From: Chitinophagaceae bacterium
GTDB taxonomy: Bacteria > Bacteroidota > Bacteroidia > Cytophagales > JASGCU01
Reading direction: 5' to 3'
DNA: 64,000 nt
NCBI GenBank assembly: GCA_030053935.1
Contig: JASGCU010000001.1
Location: 14,738 to 78,737 of the forward strand
Position numbers and translations under genes: made by a program. The notes beneath the pieces are model-generated. The model ran no database searches. It was given only the letters and a program-made list of their open reading frames with translations, and had not been told where the DNA came from. This document shows positions 30,001 to 33,000 of the stretch, in pieces; the stretch's first letter is position 1; each line of letters begins with the position of its first letter.

Positions 30001-33000
30001 ATGTAGTAGGATCGATAGAAAATAATACCGTTTGTCTTCCTTTATCTATATATAAAAGAAAGGATTGATTCAAAGGATTATAAGTAGCATCTCCGCTATT
30101 AAAAGCGGTAATAAAGGTACTTCCCGTGCTTAATATACGAATACTATCTTTTCCCAAAGAAGAAAATATCTGTGCAATGGTAGAAGAACTGCTAAAAGAA
30201 ATGAGTAAAGTAGAATTAGCAGTATATTTGAGAGCAAATATATTTTTATTTGCTCCGTATATTTTAGAGTTTGTAGTTTCATTATCAAAAGTGATTACTT
30301 GCACTGTATTATTTACCACACGAAGAGTTCTAGAAACTGATAATGCAGGGTTATAATTACTATTTCCTGTTTGAATAGCAGTGATAGTGCATGTACCAAC
30401 TGATGTAATAGTAATAGATGCTCCATTAATAGACGCAACTGAGGGATCGGAACTGGAATAACTTATAGGGAGACCAGAAGTACTGGTAGCATCCATTAAA
30501 AAAATTCCTTCCGATGTACTCCTATCTCTCAATTGAGGAAGAGAAATAGATTGATTACCTTTTACAACTGTCAGGGAAAAGGTAGTGTCTTTCATAATAT
30601 AGTTTATATCTCCATAATTATAAGCCGTAATAGTTACAGATCCTACTCCTGTAATTTTTATTTGATTTATGCCATTAACACATTGAACTATATTGGTATT
30701 AGAAGAACTAAAAGCAAGAGATAAAGGAGAACTGTTCGTATAGGAAACAAAGAAATTAGGATCTCCATACGTTTTTTGAGAAGGAGGGTTCCATACAATA
30801 TTTTGTTGTTGCTTAGAAACAAAAAGAGTTTGAGATACTGAAGCGGTATCATATATACTATTTCCGGATTGAAAAACAGTTATAGAAGTAGATCCACTTT
30901 GTAAAATAGTAATGCTCCCAGATGTATATATAGCAATTTTTGTATCCGAAGAATAATAAGAAAGTGCCAAACCACTATTAGTAGATGCGGTAAATAAAAA
31001 AGGTGTATCTCCAAAAGTTTTAGGACTAATATTAGTAAAACTGATGGTTTGAGGCAGTTTATCCACTCTTAAAATTTGAGAAACGGAAGCAGAATCATAT
31101 TGGGTATTACCCGATTGGGATACTTTTATAACAGTTGTACCAGCTCCATTTATAGCTATTGTGTCCGATTGAATACTGGCTACGTAAGTATTAGAACTAC
31201 TATATGTAAGTGGTAAAAAACTATCTGTGGTAGCACCTACTAAAAAAGGATTATCTGTAATTGCTTTTGAAATAATAGCAGGGAATGTAATACTTTGTTT
31301 TAATAGTGATTGAGATAGAACAAAAACACCAGTCGTAATAGAAGGATTATACACAAAACTTATTCGAGAAGTACCAACTATTGAAGGTTTAATGGCTACA
31401 ATATTCTGAGGAAGTGTGGTAAAACTGGTATCTATAGCACTAGAAATTAACAATCTATAAGCAGCAGATGGATTAGGAACTTCAAATGATATGGTTATCT
31501 GTCCTATATTATTTATATTATTAAAACCATATCTTCTCTCCATAAGGAAATATCCCGTGTCCCTTATCCTTACATTTCTATTGGTATTTATAGTGGTAGA
31601 TAAGTTATTATCTCCCCATAAGAAATAGGAGTTAGTATTACTTATACCAGCACTAGAAATAGTTACTATGCCCGTTCCTCTGGATATTCTCAAAGTATCT
31701 GTAGCACTACCAGCTCTTCCTATACCCGCGACATTAAAATCTAAATTTCCATTTCCTGGATTATCCATGGTATAAAAATCATTCGTTATAGAAAAATTAT
31801 ATTTTGCGGATAGATAATTGGCTATTATATTTTGTTCTGCCCCATTAACTATTCTATTATATAAAATAGCTTCTCTAATAGAACCTTGCCAATGTTCGGT
31901 TCCTGCTCTATTATTTCCTAAACGAAATACTCCGCTACCAGTATTTAATCCTGTTGCATCAGATCTCACATCATTATCAAAATTATATTTTGCGGTTCCC
32001 GAAACCATGTTTGCATGGAATAGATGTATATCCGTATTTGCATTATCAGGATTCACATCATTTGCCCATCCAAAAAAACCCACCTTATTAGCAGATGTTT
32101 TTCCAAATCCAAAATTTTTACTAGCACTACCAACGTTGTCTGCATAAGCAAGTATATGTCTGTATCCCGAAGTACTTATATCATTTGTATGTGCAACTAT
32201 AAAAAGAGATCTAGCGGAAGTTCCGGTAGGAAGTCCCGAAGTGCCCATGGGATAGTTATCATTACTTCCATCAAATAAGAGTCCACCACCGTTATTTGTG
32301 AGAGAAATAAATGTTGCTTGGTTTGCAGGGGTAGATTGCGTAGCATTATTTCTTCTTCCTGATTTATCCGTCCATGTTTGAACTGATGAATTTACTGTAG
32401 GATTGGTTCCATTTCCATTTATATCTCGTCCATCAAGCCATAGAATAAGATTTCCAGACGATCCCGTAGAACCTACCCCCGCAGGGGATAGAATTCCTGT
32501 TGTGATAAGTAGATTATTATTGAGTGGATATTCTACTATATAATTGAGAATATCTGCATCATTTAAATCGTTCCATTGATACGCATTCCCATTCCCACCA
32601 GGGTTTGCTGCGGGCCATCCTGCAAGTCCTATTGCTACAGATTTTTGACCTGATGGAGAATAGGTCGCATCTGTATAATTATCGGGTTCTTGATTTCCAA
32701 AATTTTGGTAAACAGAGTTAAAAGTACTTCCACGATTACCGCTTACATTTCCCTGCCAAAATTGACTTGTAGTAGACGAAATATTTCTTCCATCCCAATA
32801 AAAATTCCCTTGATTTGTCGACGTTCCTCTTCTACCGCCTGTCCATACATAACGAACTCCTCCACCGTCATTCGCTGTAGGATAAGAACTGGTAGTGATA
32901 CTTTGTAAATACGTTCTTATGGTGTCGTATTCTGCAGAAGAATTAATTTCTAAAAGCCGTCCTCCTCTACTGACAGCATCAGAGGATGCACTTGCCCAAT

